Origin: Octopus bimaculoides
Taxonomy: Eukaryota
Length of the DNA: 64,000 nt
Direction: 5' to 3'
NCBI RefSeq assembly: GCF_001194135.2
Contig: NC_069001.1
Span: 24,465,923 to 24,529,922, forward strand
A model generated the notes under the pieces. It did not search any database and was not told the origin of the DNA. It saw only the letters and a program-made list of their open reading frames with translations. Of the stretch, positions 1-12,317 are shown piece by piece. Position 1 is the first letter of the stretch. Each line of letters opens with the position of its first letter. A program made the position numbers and the translations under genes.

Positions 1-406
1 ATACTCTCTCTTTTACTCTTTTACTTGTTTTAGTCATCTGACTGCGGCCATGCTGGAGCACCACCTTTAGTCGAGCAAATTGACCCCAGGACTTATTTTT
101 GGGAAGCCTAGTACTTATTCTATCGGTCTCTTTTGCCGAACTGCTAAGTTATGGGAATATAAACATACCAGCATCAGTTGTCAAGCGATGTTGGGGGGAC
201 AAACACAGACACACAAACTTATACATATATATATACATATATACGACAGTCTTCTGTCAGTTTCCGTCTACCAAATCCACTCACAATGCTTTGGTCGGCC
301 CCAGGCTATAGTAGAAGACACTTGCCCAAGGTGCCACGCAGTGGGAATGAACCCGGAACCATGTGGTTGGTAAGCAAGTTACTTACCACACAGCCACTCC
401 TATGCC
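1..406 (-). mobile_element. tRNA-derived SINE family A, full length
   Basis: Minus-strand head GGCATAGGAGTGGCTGTGTGG (A box) and GGTTCATTCCC (B box-like), central (TA)/(TG) microsatellite, tail ...GACTAAAACAAGTAAAAGAGTAAAAGAG. Closely matches 50195-50598 and many other copies. Confidence 0.9.
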
Positions 407-910
407 ATATATATATATGAAACATTCGCTGCATAAAGCTTGGTAAAGATACAATTAAATAAATAATGTCGTACAGAGCAATGTTGAATAAAATGTATCT
501 GTATAAAGTCATATTTAACATGTTCATGCGTATTCAGGTACAATAAGACCTTTCACTTTGGGAATAGTCTTGTGAGGAAATTCTTCCCCTAGACATGTGT
601 GAAAACACATTTGTGTGGGAGGAGGATGTGGGTGGAGGCTGCAATTGACATTATTAAATCATAGTAAACATGCGTTTCACTGTTGTTCCATTTTGCTAGC
701 TTCGGAAACCAAATTTGATTAATCATTCCATAGAGAAAGGCCTTATCGTGTCTGAATACAATCAAAAGTATTAAATGTGACTTTGGATGAATATAGTTTA
801 TTCAGCACTGCTTTGTGTGACATTATTTATTAAATTCTAGTTTGACCAAGCATTACACACATCAGCATACATTTTCTATGCTGTTTTAATGAGAATAATA
901 TTGTTCTTAC

Positions 911-1042
911 CAGGCTGTGAGTGACAGATTTGATTTCATTAGTTGAAGAAGTGGAAGTGTGCAGAAATGCATGCATCCCATTGACGTCATTCACAGGCCC
1001 TTCATGAAAAGTGCTTCCCCACATATCTATGAGGGGAATTGT
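911..1042 (-). CDS. candidate internal exon of an unidentified host gene (TIPLIDMWGSTFHEGPVNDVNGMHAFLHTSTSSTNEIKSVTHSL)
   Basis: ttttctagctttatag| acceptor (alternative ttcccctcatag| at 1026), CTG|GTAAGA donor, 132 nt, only one open frame. No protein recognised. Confidence 0.35.
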
Positions 1043-1059
1043 CTATAAAGCTAGAAAAT

Positions 1060-1290
1060 CCATCATCATCATGATCATCGCCATCGTCATCATCATCATC
1101 GTCATCATCATCATCATCATCATCATCATCGTCATCATCATCATCATCATATCACCATTTAACGACTATCTTCCATGCTGGTATGGGTTAGATGGTTTGC
1201 CTATATTCGACAGGGCCTAAAGACTGCATCATGCTGCAGTATCTGCTTTGGGCCTGGTTTCTATGGCTGCATGTCCTTTCTAACATCCTG
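1060..1290 (-). mobile_element. degenerate family B (GAT-tailed retroelement 3' end) with expanded (ATC)n
   Basis: ttaacgactatcttccatgctggtatgggtt resembles the family B terminus; long ATC tract. Confidence 0.6.
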
Positions 1291-1361
1291 TTATTGTAAG
1301 GCACAAATAAAGGTTTGCTCTTACCTCGAGGTGCAATCAGCGACAGTCCCTTCAAGCATCA

Positions 1362-1532
1362 TATATATATATGACAGGCTTCTTTCAGTTTCCATCTACC
1401 AAGTCTACTCAGAGGGTTTTGGTCAGCCCGAGACTCATAGTAGAAGACACTTGCCTAGGTGCCATGCACTGGAACTGAAACTAGAACCATGTGGTTGTGA
1501 AGCAAACTTCTTACCTCAACTACACAGCCAGG
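1362..1532 (-). mobile_element. SINE family A, 5' half
   Basis: Matches the head region of 1-406. Confidence 0.8.
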
Positions 1533-2685
1533 CAGATGTCATTCTTTTCTTCTCACCTTTCCTTTCTCTGTTGTTCTTCTTTCTATCTCTCCCTCTCAGC
1601 CTTAGAGTAACACACTTTCTATTTTGTTTTTTCAGAGAAGGTAACTGAAGTCAGAGGTTAGTTAGCCAAAGTTTCTCTTCATCAGATGCATAACTTTTGA
1701 ACTTTCGGAAAGAGTTGGAGAGATAGAAGAGAATTGTCTAGTTACACACACATATGCACACACAAGAGTACAAAATATGTTACTCAGTTTTATCGGAGAG
1801 AGAGAGAGAGATGCAGGATGAGTAGAAGTCAATCAGTGCTCAGCGGCAGAACACTGTGGTTGCTCTAATTTTAACACCCATTTTTAGTTTGTCTTTAAAA
1901 TCTTGGAAAATTCTGAAGTAGTTTTAATTTGCGTATGCTTTTTCATTTTGTTTAAAAATCTAGAAAAATTATGATGTAGTAGTAGTTTAAGCAAACATTT
2001 TCGTTTTGTCTATAAATCTGAAAAATTACGAGGCAGCAATAATAATGACAATGAAAACGATATTATTGTTGCTATAATATAGATATTGTTTTTAGGAAAG
2101 CAATTGAAGCATTGTTTCTAAATGTTAGGAACACCTGTTGAGAGATAGCAAACACACAAAGGTGATATTTTAAGATATCTAATTGGATTCAATTTTCTTG
2201 AACATTCTTCAAATACCAGTCATAAACAGAATATAGTGGAATGGCAACAACAAAGAAACAATAATAATTATGATTATAAAAAAGTAAAAGAAAATAATAT
2301 TTATGAAACGTATACTATAGCAACTAAATGTATGTAAAGTACACTTTCATATTCACACGTAGATATATATATAAGAAAAAGGCTTCATACATTCTCATAT
2401 ATATATTTACAAACACACACACACACATACACACACACACTTGTATGTATATGCATTTGTATATCTATATGCAGATATATACATATATATGTATACATAT
2501 ATATGTTTATGAATATATATGCATATATTCATACATATATATACATACATATACATGTATATATGCAGGAATGTATGTATAGATAGATACACAGAAAGAT
2601 ATATGTCTGTATGTATATATATATATATATGTGTGTGTGTGTATGAATACATATATATATATTTGTATGTGCATATGTATATGTT

Positions 2686-2727
<42 letters not shown>

Positions 2728-2809
2728 ATATGAGTGTGTCCATAATTATGCATTTGGTATCAGTGCTAAAATATACTTTATTTCCTAATGGCAGAATATA
2801 TGCACTGGC

Positions 2810-3235
2810 ATAGGTGGTGGTGGTGGTGGCGGTGGTGGTGGTGATGATGACGACGATAATGATGATGATGGTGAAGACGACAATGACTACGACAATGATG
2901 ATGATGATGTTGATAGTGGTGGGAAATGTAAATACTACTGCTGATGCTGATGCTAATGATGCTGATGTTGATGATAATATTGTTGTTGATGCCTGGATTA
3001 CCGTTACCGCTGCTGCTGCTGTTGCTATGATTGTTGATATTGATAATGCTGATGGTGATAACAAGAGTACTGAATCAACAGCCGCCTTGATGGTTACATT
3101 TTGCAACAGGAGCAGTAGTAAAACTTTTAACTATGGATACTCCACTAACACCAGCACCACCACCAACACAACAACAATGGCAACAACAATACTGATATCC
3201 TCCTCCTCCTCATCATCATCATCATCATCATCATT
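2810..3235. repeat. compound trinucleotide low-complexity tract (GGT/GAT/GCT/CAT)
   Basis: Seen directly; explains ORFs 2507..3106 and 2814..3263. Confidence 0.85.
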
Positions 3236-3369
3236 CTTGCTGAGTGTCATACATGTGTCATAGAATGCTGTCAGCATTTGCTTCAACCAAATCATACTAA
3301 CTCATGTTATATTAGCCTTTGTGTGAAGTTCCAGAAACTCCAATACGAACATGTACCAAGAGTGATTAA

Positions 3370-3926
3370 AATCAAACATCAAGTCAACGTCATGGTGCGT
3401 GGAGTGATCACTAGTGATGGTGATGTTATTCCTCCATAGCGCAGAGGCTACATCAAGTGCCTGGAGGAGGTAGTGCTGCCCTGGGTCAAAAGGGTAGCTG
3501 CTGGAAGACCCTATGTCTGGCAACAGGGCTCTGCACCATACCACACAATCAAGAGAATCCAGTCCTGGCTGTCAGACAATTTCTGCAACCACATCACCCC
3601 TAACACTTGGCCACCTAACTCCCATGACTAGAACTCCTACATTATTATATGTGAGGCACAGTTGAGTGAAGGACCAACAAAATTCTTTGTAATACCAAAA
3701 TGAACTGAATGCAAGGATTATGGCAGCATTCACTTAAATAACAAAACCATCCAGAAGAGCTGTAGGAGATTCCGAAAGTCATGTGGAGGCCAATGATAGT
3801 TTTATTGAATAAATTTACTCATTAGTATTTCAAGATATTCTTATGAAATTTTGGTAAATATATGTTAAAATGAGAAATGTTATTTTCCTTTTTGCTTAAT
3901 TTAGACAATTTATTCATTGAACCCTG
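3370..3926 (+). mobile_element. maT/DD37D-like Tc1/mariner transposon relic, 3' part
   Basis: Translates to VMVRGVITSDGDV / YIKCLEEVVLPWVKRVAAGRPYVWQQGSAP / WPPNSHD, with stops and frameshifts. Right TIR ...ttcattgaaccctg; homologous to 17764-18625. Confidence 0.85.
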
Positions 3927-4302
3927 TGTATATATTTATGTTATGTAAATATATATATGCATACATATATATGTTAATATATAACCCTCCATGTTTATTT
4001 TTGTTTGGTTTCCTTGTATGTCTCCACTGTCCTGTTTTTGTTCCTAACTTTGACCCTCCATAACTCAAAAAATTTATTTTGGTATTTACGGAAGCAACTG
4101 TCTTCGAAGACTCATATTTTCGTTGATTTCTCGAAATGGAGAGTAGATAGACAGCTGACGACTGATGAAGGGGCATTCTTTGTATTACTTCTTCTTTTTT
4201 TCTCTCGTTATTTGCATATTTAACTCATTTATTTTTGTATTTCATGTTGTTTACTGTTGGTGATATCCTGTACCCATATATGCATATGTATATATACATA
4301 TA

Positions 4303-4355
<53 letters not shown>

Positions 4356-4507
4356 NNNNNNNNNNNNNNNNNNNNNNNNNNNNNNNNNNNNNNNNNNNNN
4401 NNNNNNNNNNNNNNNNNNNNNNNNNNNNNNNNNNNNNNNNNNNNNNNNNNNNNNNNNNNNNNNNNNNNNNNNNNNNNNNNNNNNNNGCATATGTATATAT
4501 ACATATA

Positions 4508-4552
<45 letters not shown>

Positions 4553-4860
4553 ACAGGAAATAGTGGCACAACAAGGTACCAATTTTTTGCTGGACATAGA
4601 GGCAAAAATGTGTGTTGGTGATGAATATAAAAAAATTTCGTCTTATCTCCAAGAAGAACGCCAGAGAAATTAACAATCTAGTATTTGAGTTTCAATCTTT
4701 TCGGAATGCGTTTTTTATTGTAAAACTGATTGGTTCTTGTTAGCTATGTCTACCATACAGGACTAAATTTAAAATATCCACTACATCAATGCCTGTATAC
4801 TTGGCCAATAGCCCCTGCCATAAACAGAACTGAGATCAGTGAAAAAGTTTTATATGAAAA

Positions 4861-5141
4861 TACAAATATTATTACAGTACAATAATATCTGAAGCACCGT
4901 AAAGGTAGAATTATAAATAGGAAATAGTGGCACAACAAGGTACCAATCTTTTATATTCGCTGCCTGCAACATCTTTGCTTTTATACATTCAGTGAAGCTT
5001 TACCTAGTGTCAAATGGTTATCGACTGCTATTTCCAGCATAAATTGGTACCTTGTTTTGTCATTATTTTCTATTCATAATTCTACCATTACAGTGCTTTA
5101 TTTTGCTGGAAAATAATATTATTGTATTCTAATAATATTTA
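4861..5141. repeat. imperfect inverted repeat (about 87/99-nt arms, 95-nt spacer), MITE or fold-back like
   Basis: 4861-4947 pairs with 5043-5141; a partial direct copy of the arm lies at about 4555-4587. Confidence 0.75.
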
Positions 5142-5172
5142 TATTTGTGTGTATGTGTGTGTATATATATGA

Positions 5173-5216
<44 letters not shown>

Positions 5217-6093
5217 GAGACAGAGAGAAAGACAGAGAGAGAGAGGGGAAGGAAAGAAAATGAAAGAGGGAGAAAGACAGATTGAAAGACTTAATATCTG
5301 CGGGAGGCTAGGTGTTAATGTGCAGAAGAATCATAAAATAAAGAATGCTTCGCTTTAGCATTGTAGTTTGTTTTAGGAATTGAAGCCAAGACCATGCTGG
5401 AGCAGAGAACTAATAGTCAATCCTGAGGTTAAAAAATGTTATAAGAGGAGTAAATAACTTTGATGCAGGTCAGGTTGTTGCCATTACATTAAACATTATA
5501 ATTACTGACGACAATATTGTTGGAGATTTATTACAGATATAGCTTTTAAACAAGTAATTAGTGGTGCTATTAAGGTTTAGAGATTTTGCATCTGGTTTTG
5601 AGTGTGTGAGTGTATCTACACACACGTACATACATGTCTATATATAAGTACATGCAAGAATATATTTTTGTATATACATATATATATTGTGTGTGTTTGC
5701 GTGTGTGTGTGTGCACACACATACACACACATATATATGTATTATATATACATATATATACATATCATCTACATAATTATGTATGTAGATGCACATAATT
5801 ATATAGAAACATACATGTAATATATTAACCCAGAAGTAAAGTATATATATATATATATATAATATAATATAGGATAAATTCTTTATAAGAATTTATCAAG
5901 TAGTCAGCGTGAAAAGAACCTCATAATGAAAAAATAACGAAAAATTTTGTAATGAAAAAATTCATCGTTTCTTCATATATATATACATATATATAAATAT
6001 ATACATATATATACATACACATATATCTATATATGAATATATATATATATGTATATATATAAATATATATACATACATATATACATATATATC

Positions 6094-6141
<48 letters not shown>

Positions 6142-6225
6142 CATATATTTGTGTATGTATATATAAATATATTAATATACATGCATATATGTATGTGTAT
6201 ATTTATATATACATATATACATATA

Positions 6226-6387
6226 CACTCTCTGAGTGGTTGGCGTTAGGAAGGGCATCCAGCTGTAGAAACTCTGCCAAATCAGACTGGAGCCTGGTGT
6301 TGCCATCCGGTTTCACCAGTCCTCAGTCAAATCGTCCAACCCATGCTAGCATGGAAAGCGGACGTTAAACGATGATGATGATGATGA

Positions 6388-6391
<4 letters not shown>
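6226..6391 (+). mobile_element. family B 5'-truncated retroelement end with (GAT)n tail, inside a TA microsatellite
   Basis: GAGTGGTTGGCGTTAGGAAGGGCATCC...CCATGCTAGCATGG (14-nt palindrome)...GGACGTTAAAC(GAT)n. Confidence 0.9.
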
Positions 6392-6421
<30 letters not shown>

Positions 6422-6516
6422 GTACATACATGAGTATGATAGATAGAGACACGCACATAAAAATCAGAAAGAAGGAGGGCATAGAGGAAAAGAGGCAGCC
6501 AAACAGGTAGACTTAC

Positions 6517-6537
6517 AGCCATAGTATTGAAGCTAAT
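6517..6537 (-). CDS. candidate 21-nt microexon (ISFNTMA if phase 0)
   Basis: ttttattcttttcatctcgactttcatag| ATTAGCTTCAATACTATGGCT |gtaagt. Confidence 0.3.
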
Positions 6538-6726
6538 CTATGAAAGTCGAGATGAAAAGAATAAAAGAGCTTCAGGGAATTGTCTGTTCCATGTAATTAT
6601 GTGTGGTAAGAAAACTGCTCTGCTGGCAATGTTTCATCTACTATTTCTGATAAGTATTTATGATATACACACACACATCTACAAGCAGACCGATCTGTAG
6701 ACTTATAATATATGTGAGTGTGTATT

Positions 6727-6767
<41 letters not shown>

Positions 6768-6770
<3 letters not shown>

Positions 6771-6951
6771 TAATTTGTAATTATATAAATAATTATATTA
6801 AAGGGTGTGGATTGACCAGACCAATACATTAGAAATAGATACCAAATGGCTCTAAAACCAACTCATTACTCCATTAGCATGGCTTTTTAGCATGTTGGTG
6901 TGGCCAATCTGCACCGTTTAATATGATTATTTATATAATTTCACATTAGTA
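6768..6951. repeat. imperfect palindrome with TA at both ends (MITE or fold-back)
   Basis: tactaatttgtaattatataaataattatattaaagggtgtggattgacca pairs with 6901-6951 (about 7 mismatches in 51 nt). Confidence 0.75.
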
Positions 6952-7019
6952 TAAAATGCTACCACTTGATAAAATCATTTAAGTGATTTTTATCTTCATA
7001 CACACACACACACACACAC

Positions 7020-8110
7020 ATGATGGTTGGCTGCAGAGTTCATAGACTTAGCTAGATACTCTCATGGTATGTGGCCAAATGAGATTTCTGTTTCAACATA
7101 GTTTTCCCTGTGGTCCGCATTCTATTTGTTTTACCCTGCTTGGATACCATTGGTGAAGAAGCTTTCATCCTGCTTGACCAAAAGGTCATCAACAGTAGAT
7201 ATGACATCATTATCACTGCGGTATTGATTCCCAGTCAAGTATTTTCCTAGATGATAGTTAGATAGGGCCAAATCAGGAGAATAGGGAAGATGATGAACCA
7301 ATTCAAAACAACAGACATGCAGGGCAGCCTTTGAAGGGCTTGTGCTCTGGAGCATTGTCCTGATGAAGCAACACCCCATTTGTCAATTTTCATAAGCATT
7401 CGGTTTTTATGGCTTCTCATTTCTGCCTCATCCAGTTGCCATAGTACTCTCCATTGATAGTGTTGCCCTTTCCAAGATAGTCTATAAACACAATACAGTT
7501 TGCATGAAGCCATCATCTTTCTTGCTGCTTAAACGACTTTGGCTTTCCTTGGAACAGGTGAGGAAGGGTGATTCCAGTGTATGAATTGTCTCTTTGTCTC
7601 TGGCTCAAAGTGATTAATGCAACACTCAACTTGGGTTTGGAAATGTTTAAGGAAACCAGCTGGATCTGCCTTAAATAATGTCAGATTTTTCCCATGATGT
7701 GATTAGCCTGTTATGCTTTTGACCAGGTATCAGATGTAGCAGCCATCGAGCAGAAACCTTCATCATGCTAAGTTCATTGTGCAGAATATTCTCAACTCTC
7801 TCATGGGATATGCTGATAGCATTAGCTATTTGATACGTAGTCACCCACCTGTCATCCATCAACATGTGATGGGCACAATTAATATTTTCTTTGGTGGTGA
7901 TAGTTGCAGGACATCCAGACCTTGGGTTGTCTTCAAGACTCTCCCTTCCTTTCCTAAATTCAGGTGCCCACTTTTGTCCTGTTCATAAAGCTGGAGAATC
8001 ATCTCCTAATCTGCATAAATGTTGGAGGTTAAACCCTTTTTCTGCAGGTAATTGATAACATCACATTGCCATTTCCAAGAGAAATCACTAATACTTACTT
8101 ACTTTTGAAG
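7020..8110 (-). mobile_element. mariner (DD34D-type) transposon relic, pseudogenised transposase
   Basis: HHLPYSPDLALSNYHL resembles the YSPDLAPSDYHLF motif; HTH region ISHERVENILHNELSMMKVSARW; frameshifted. Confidence 0.85.
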
Positions 8111-8184
8111 GCAGAGAGGGAGAGATAAAAAGAAGAGCAACAGGGAAAGGGGAAAGGTGATTTTGCTGAAAGAAGCTTGTTGTG

Positions 8185-8402
8185 TATATATGTCTGTGTT
8201 TATAACCCACCATCATTTGACAACCAATGTTCGTACGTTTACATTCCTGTAATGTAGCAGTTTGGCAAAAGGAACCAATAGAATAAGTACTAGGCTTTCA
8301 AAGAGTAAGTCCTGAGATTGATTTCTTTGACTAAAAACCCTTCAAGGAAGTGCTCCAGCATGGCTGCTGTCAAATGACTGAAACAAGTAAAAGAATAAAA
8401 GA
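8185..8402 (+). mobile_element. SINE family A, 3' half
   Basis: gaataagtactaggc...ctccagcatggc...gactgaaacaagtaaaag. Confidence 0.8.
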
Positions 8403-8579
8403 CTATGGTGAAATATTACCTTGCTTGGAAATATTGAAAATAGGTGAGGGTTGGCAAAAGAACAGACATATGGCATAGACAGTTTGTCTCTATAAACACT
8501 GGTATTAACATGATGATGATAATTTATATGTACATACATACACACACACATACATATATACATTCATACATACATACAT

Positions 8580-8900
8580 GAGAGCACTCCATCGGTTACA
8601 ACGACGAGGGTCCCAGCTGATACAATCAACAGAACAGCTTGCTCGTGAAATTAATGTGCAAGTGACTGAGCAATCCACAGACATGTGTACCCCTAACGTA
8701 GTTCTCAGGGAGACTCAGCATGACACAGAGTGTGACAAGGCCGGCCCCTTGAAATACAGGTACAACTCATTTTTGCCAGCTGAGTGGACAGGAGCAACAT
8801 GAAATAAAGTGTCTTGCTCAAGGACACAATGCAACGCCGGCAATTGAACTCACGATCTTACAATCGTGAGCCAAATGCCCTAACCACTAAGCCACGTGCC
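8580..8900 (-). mobile_element. tRNA-derived SINE family C1
   Basis: Head GGCACGTGGCTTAGTGG...GAGTTCAATTGCC, then GTGTCCTTGAGCAAGACAC central domain; 3' half shared with 33990, 35828 and 50700 copies. Confidence 0.85.
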
Positions 8901-9753
8901 TTCACACATACATACATACATACATGATGGCTGCCCCCTCGTTATTGAGTATGGCCATTGCACAAAGCTTAACATGTTGTTATCGTGCAGTTCCTGTGCA
9001 AGAAGATTTTTTTTTAAAGTGAGGAAAGGCTGTGCACTGAGCCAATCCCACTCACTCAGTAACAGTAGCCATAACCAGAAAAGAAGAACAATTTAACTTC
9101 ATCGGTAACCACTGAGCCGCAGGTTTTATGTCAGAGTTATGCCAGTTGCCTGAGTTGCCTTCTCCTAGAAGGATGCCCTTATAAGGGCTAGGGGTCCTTC
9201 ACTCCCAATGGTTAAACTGCGCGATCGGGTATTCAGTCAGATTATTTCTATGTCCCCGTGCAAAAAACAGCATTAAGCTGGATAAAGAAAAAAAAATTTG
9301 AATAAAAACAGCCTTAAGCTGGGGAAAAAAAAAAATTGATATATACAGCCACTGTTTGTTAACCAGCATTGGTGTGTTTGCATCCTCATAATGTAGTTGT
9401 TTGGAAAAAGAGACTGATGAAATAAGAACCAGGATTAAAGAAGTGCAGGGGTCAATACATTTAACGAAAATTCATGTTGCCCCAGTATAATGACAAATAA
9501 AGATAAAATTACATAACACTTTATAACTTCAAAAAAGGGATTGAATCCTCTATACCAAACACTAATTTATACTTTACCAACGTCAATGTCCACAAAGCCA
9601 CACAAGCAATTCTTATTTCAAGCCACAAAAATGAGATATTTAAATCTATTTTTNNNNNNNNNNNNNNNNNNNNNNNNNNNNNNNNNNNNNNNNNNNNNNN
9701 NNNNNNNNNNNNNNNNNNNNNNNNNNNNNNNNNNNNNNNNNNNNNNNNNNNNN

Positions 9754-9787
<34 letters not shown>

Positions 9788-10109
9788 GAGATATACATAC
9801 ATACATACATACATACATATTATGTAGTTGTTGATTATGGCTAGCCAGAAATTATCGTTTGTTTCACAACAATTATTGCAATTAGTAATATATGTCACAC
9901 TGCAGACTTGCTGGCTGGAGGCATATAAACTATTTATCTACAAAGGTAAAAATATTGTCTTGGCCAGCTTTGTAGGGAACAGGAAACCCTGAAATATAAT
10001 GTTTTTCAAGCAAAATCTCCAGTGTGGGAATGATAGGGTTAGCACCCTTTGAAAGGTTCTGGTTACGTCTGAAAGAGGTCGATTTTATGTAAGTTTTCCA
10101 TTTACTAAT

Positions 10110-10800
10110 GAGCTAGTGGGAAAGCTAATTTTTTATCATGCAGGTACTGACTAAAAACTTCACTTCTTGAATTCAGGAAGGCACTTGAATCAAGCAAAGT
10201 TTTTATAAACCTTTCCCTGTTGGTCAAATAAATTTGCATCATTTGCTTCCATTGAGATATGGCCTAGACTGTTCTTGGAGCTTTTATTTAATCCTGTATG
10301 GCTTTCCCTCTTCTTTTAGATGCCAGATATTGTTGGCCAATGCAATTTCACTGTGTCACTTTGGGATCCTAAAAGCAAATCTATGGTTATTTAGTCACAG
10401 CTGAAAAGGGGCCTCAGTTACTCCATATGTTCATGGCCCTTTACGTGTGTCTATTGAATAATTGTCCATACCTATGGGATTGTGTAAAATGCTTATCTAC
10501 TAACCTTAGGAAACTCCTTCCCACACAAGTTTTGACACTGAGTGAGAAGGCTGGGGAAAACCAAAGGACCTTATAATGGCACCTTCTTTTGTGGATGTAA
10601 GATCCCAGAATATAGATGTAGTCCTTAAACCCACTGACTGCCAAAGCTTCATTGTAGTATAGGGTTGCAGTGTTGAAAATGTCCTTATTTGGGGACATGC
10701 TTGATATCCTCTTGCAGACACCCTTCACCAAGATTTTAAATCCCAATAGACAGGTGGCAGGAAGCTGTGATGATATACAATAGCCTTTTATTTTGTTTGT
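10110..10800 (-). mobile_element. Penelope-like element relic (RT C-terminus/linker to GIY-YIG end)
   Basis: RISSMSPNKDIFNTATLYYNEAL..SGFK; VLWFSPAFSLSVKTCVGRSFLRLVDKHF; terminal FLNSRSEVFS. These match PLE motifs known to me. Confidence 0.75.
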
Positions 10801-11804
10801 GGCAGAGCCTGTATGAACCAGTATGTATGTGTGTGTGTGTGTGTGTGTGTATTTTGCTTGTATGACTCTCAAAATTAATGTTTAACTTCATACGTTTAGA
10901 GGCCTTGTCTTTTGTTACTGCAGTAAAACTGTCTAATCATCTATTTTTTTCTTTCACGTATTTCTGTATTCTTGTATTTCGACATTACTTTCTACCTCAC
11001 TTGTTGGTTTTGTCTGATGCTGTTTAATGTCTAAATCTGCTCTATGAACAGAAATGGCTTTAGGCAAATGCTTCTTTGTTCTGACGTATAGAAGCCATTG
11101 CAGCATTATTAGAATATAAGTTCTGCTCTTTTATTTTTTACAGGTTTCAGTCACATAACTGCAAGCAAGCCTGGGAAATGCCTTCAAAGTTTTAGTCAAT
11201 TGCATTAACAACTTTGTCTGGTTCTTATTTTATTTTGTCTGGTGCTTATTTTATCACTTCTGTGAGTTAGGAAACACAAAGTGGACATTGGTATTGCAAG
11301 GAATTATTTGGTCAGCCATAAATATCAATAAGCATTTTTTTTTTTTAATAAACCATAATTTGTTCACCAATATTCATATACGCACAGAGACATATAGGTA
11401 TGCAGCTATATATAGCTGTATTTATGCGTATGTATGTATGTATATACGTGTGTGTGTGTGTGTGTGTGTGTGCCCTTGCCTTGACACCATGTGATAGTTA
11501 TCAATGCCTCTCACTGTCATACAAGCAATGTCATTTACAACCAATAATCTGCAAAACCATGTCTGGCTATGGAGAAATATTACCTTGCTAGGAAATGGGT
11601 GATGCTTAGTCACAGGAAGAACATCCTGCCATAAATCTGTTTCAATAAATTCCTTCTAACCCATGGGGAGTGGGGTTGGGGGGACGCCCGCACATGTGTG
11701 TGTGTATGTGTGCGAGTGTGTGCATATGCTTATGTGTGTATATGTATTTATTTAGTTGTCTAAATTACCATGAGTCAGAAAAAACAGGCACTCATTTAAT
11801 GGTT

Positions 11805-12095
11805 AACAAGGTGGACTCTTCCATCGAAGACGATGCCTGAGTGTTTTCAGCTTTTGTCAAATGAACTGCACAAATGATTTGTTTATGTTAATCAAATGCA
11901 TGTGCTGTGCATTCCTTCCATCAAATCAATCTTACCTGGACAGGTGCACGGTGTACCACACGTCAGGTGTTGAAGTGACTGCAGAGAAATGTGAGGTGAA
12001 GAGTTTTGCTCAAGAATACAATGCACCACCTGGTCTATGAATTGAAACAATGATCTCATGCTTGTGAGTCCAACACCCTAACCACTAGGCCATGG
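11805..12095 (-). mobile_element. degenerate tRNA-derived SINE (family D, related head and central domain)
   Basis: Head ATGGCCTAGTGGTTAGGGTGTTGG, then cttgagcaaaact. Related copies at about 20235-20520 (+) and 49580-49850 (-). Confidence 0.6.
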
Positions 12096-12113
12096 TTAAT
12101 GCAGTGGGTATGC

Positions 12114-12317
12114 TATTATTAATAAAATACAATATTATATTCTCATATCAACTATTTTACCAATTGGTTTCATTCCAGGCATTGAGATAAACCTAACAAT
12201 CATCAGAAACAGCTGAAAGGAAAAGGCTTCCAGGCTTATCTCAACTCCTGGAATGAAACCAATCGGTAAAGTGACTGATTTGAGAATATTAATATTGTAT
12301 TTTATGAATAATAATAT
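12114..12317. repeat. about 200-nt imperfect palindrome, inverted duplication of a hammerhead-bearing segment
   Basis: Arms 12114-12194 and 12232-12317, including a perfect 17-bp attggtttcattccagg/cctggaatgaaaccaat. Confidence 0.8.
12149..12215 (-). ncRNA. type I hammerhead ribozyme motif, complete core
   Basis: CAGCUGUUU-CUGAUGA-U[UGUUAGG/CCUGGAA]U-GAAA-CCAAUUGG-UA^AAAUAGUUG. Helix I 9 bp (2 G.U); helix III palindrome ACCAATTGGT; stem II weak. Confidence 0.7.

Noticed and set aside
80-420. Recurrent similar ORFs (LPNPLTRLWSA..., RCHAVGLNPEPCG) at many loci
   Set aside because: They are chance frames in SINE family A, not a gene family.
2328-3263. Long ORFs of YI/HT/poly-amino-acid type here and throughout the track (16961-17692, 53878-54357, gap-spanning ORFs)
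   Set aside because: They are translations of microsatellites, low-complexity DNA or N runs.
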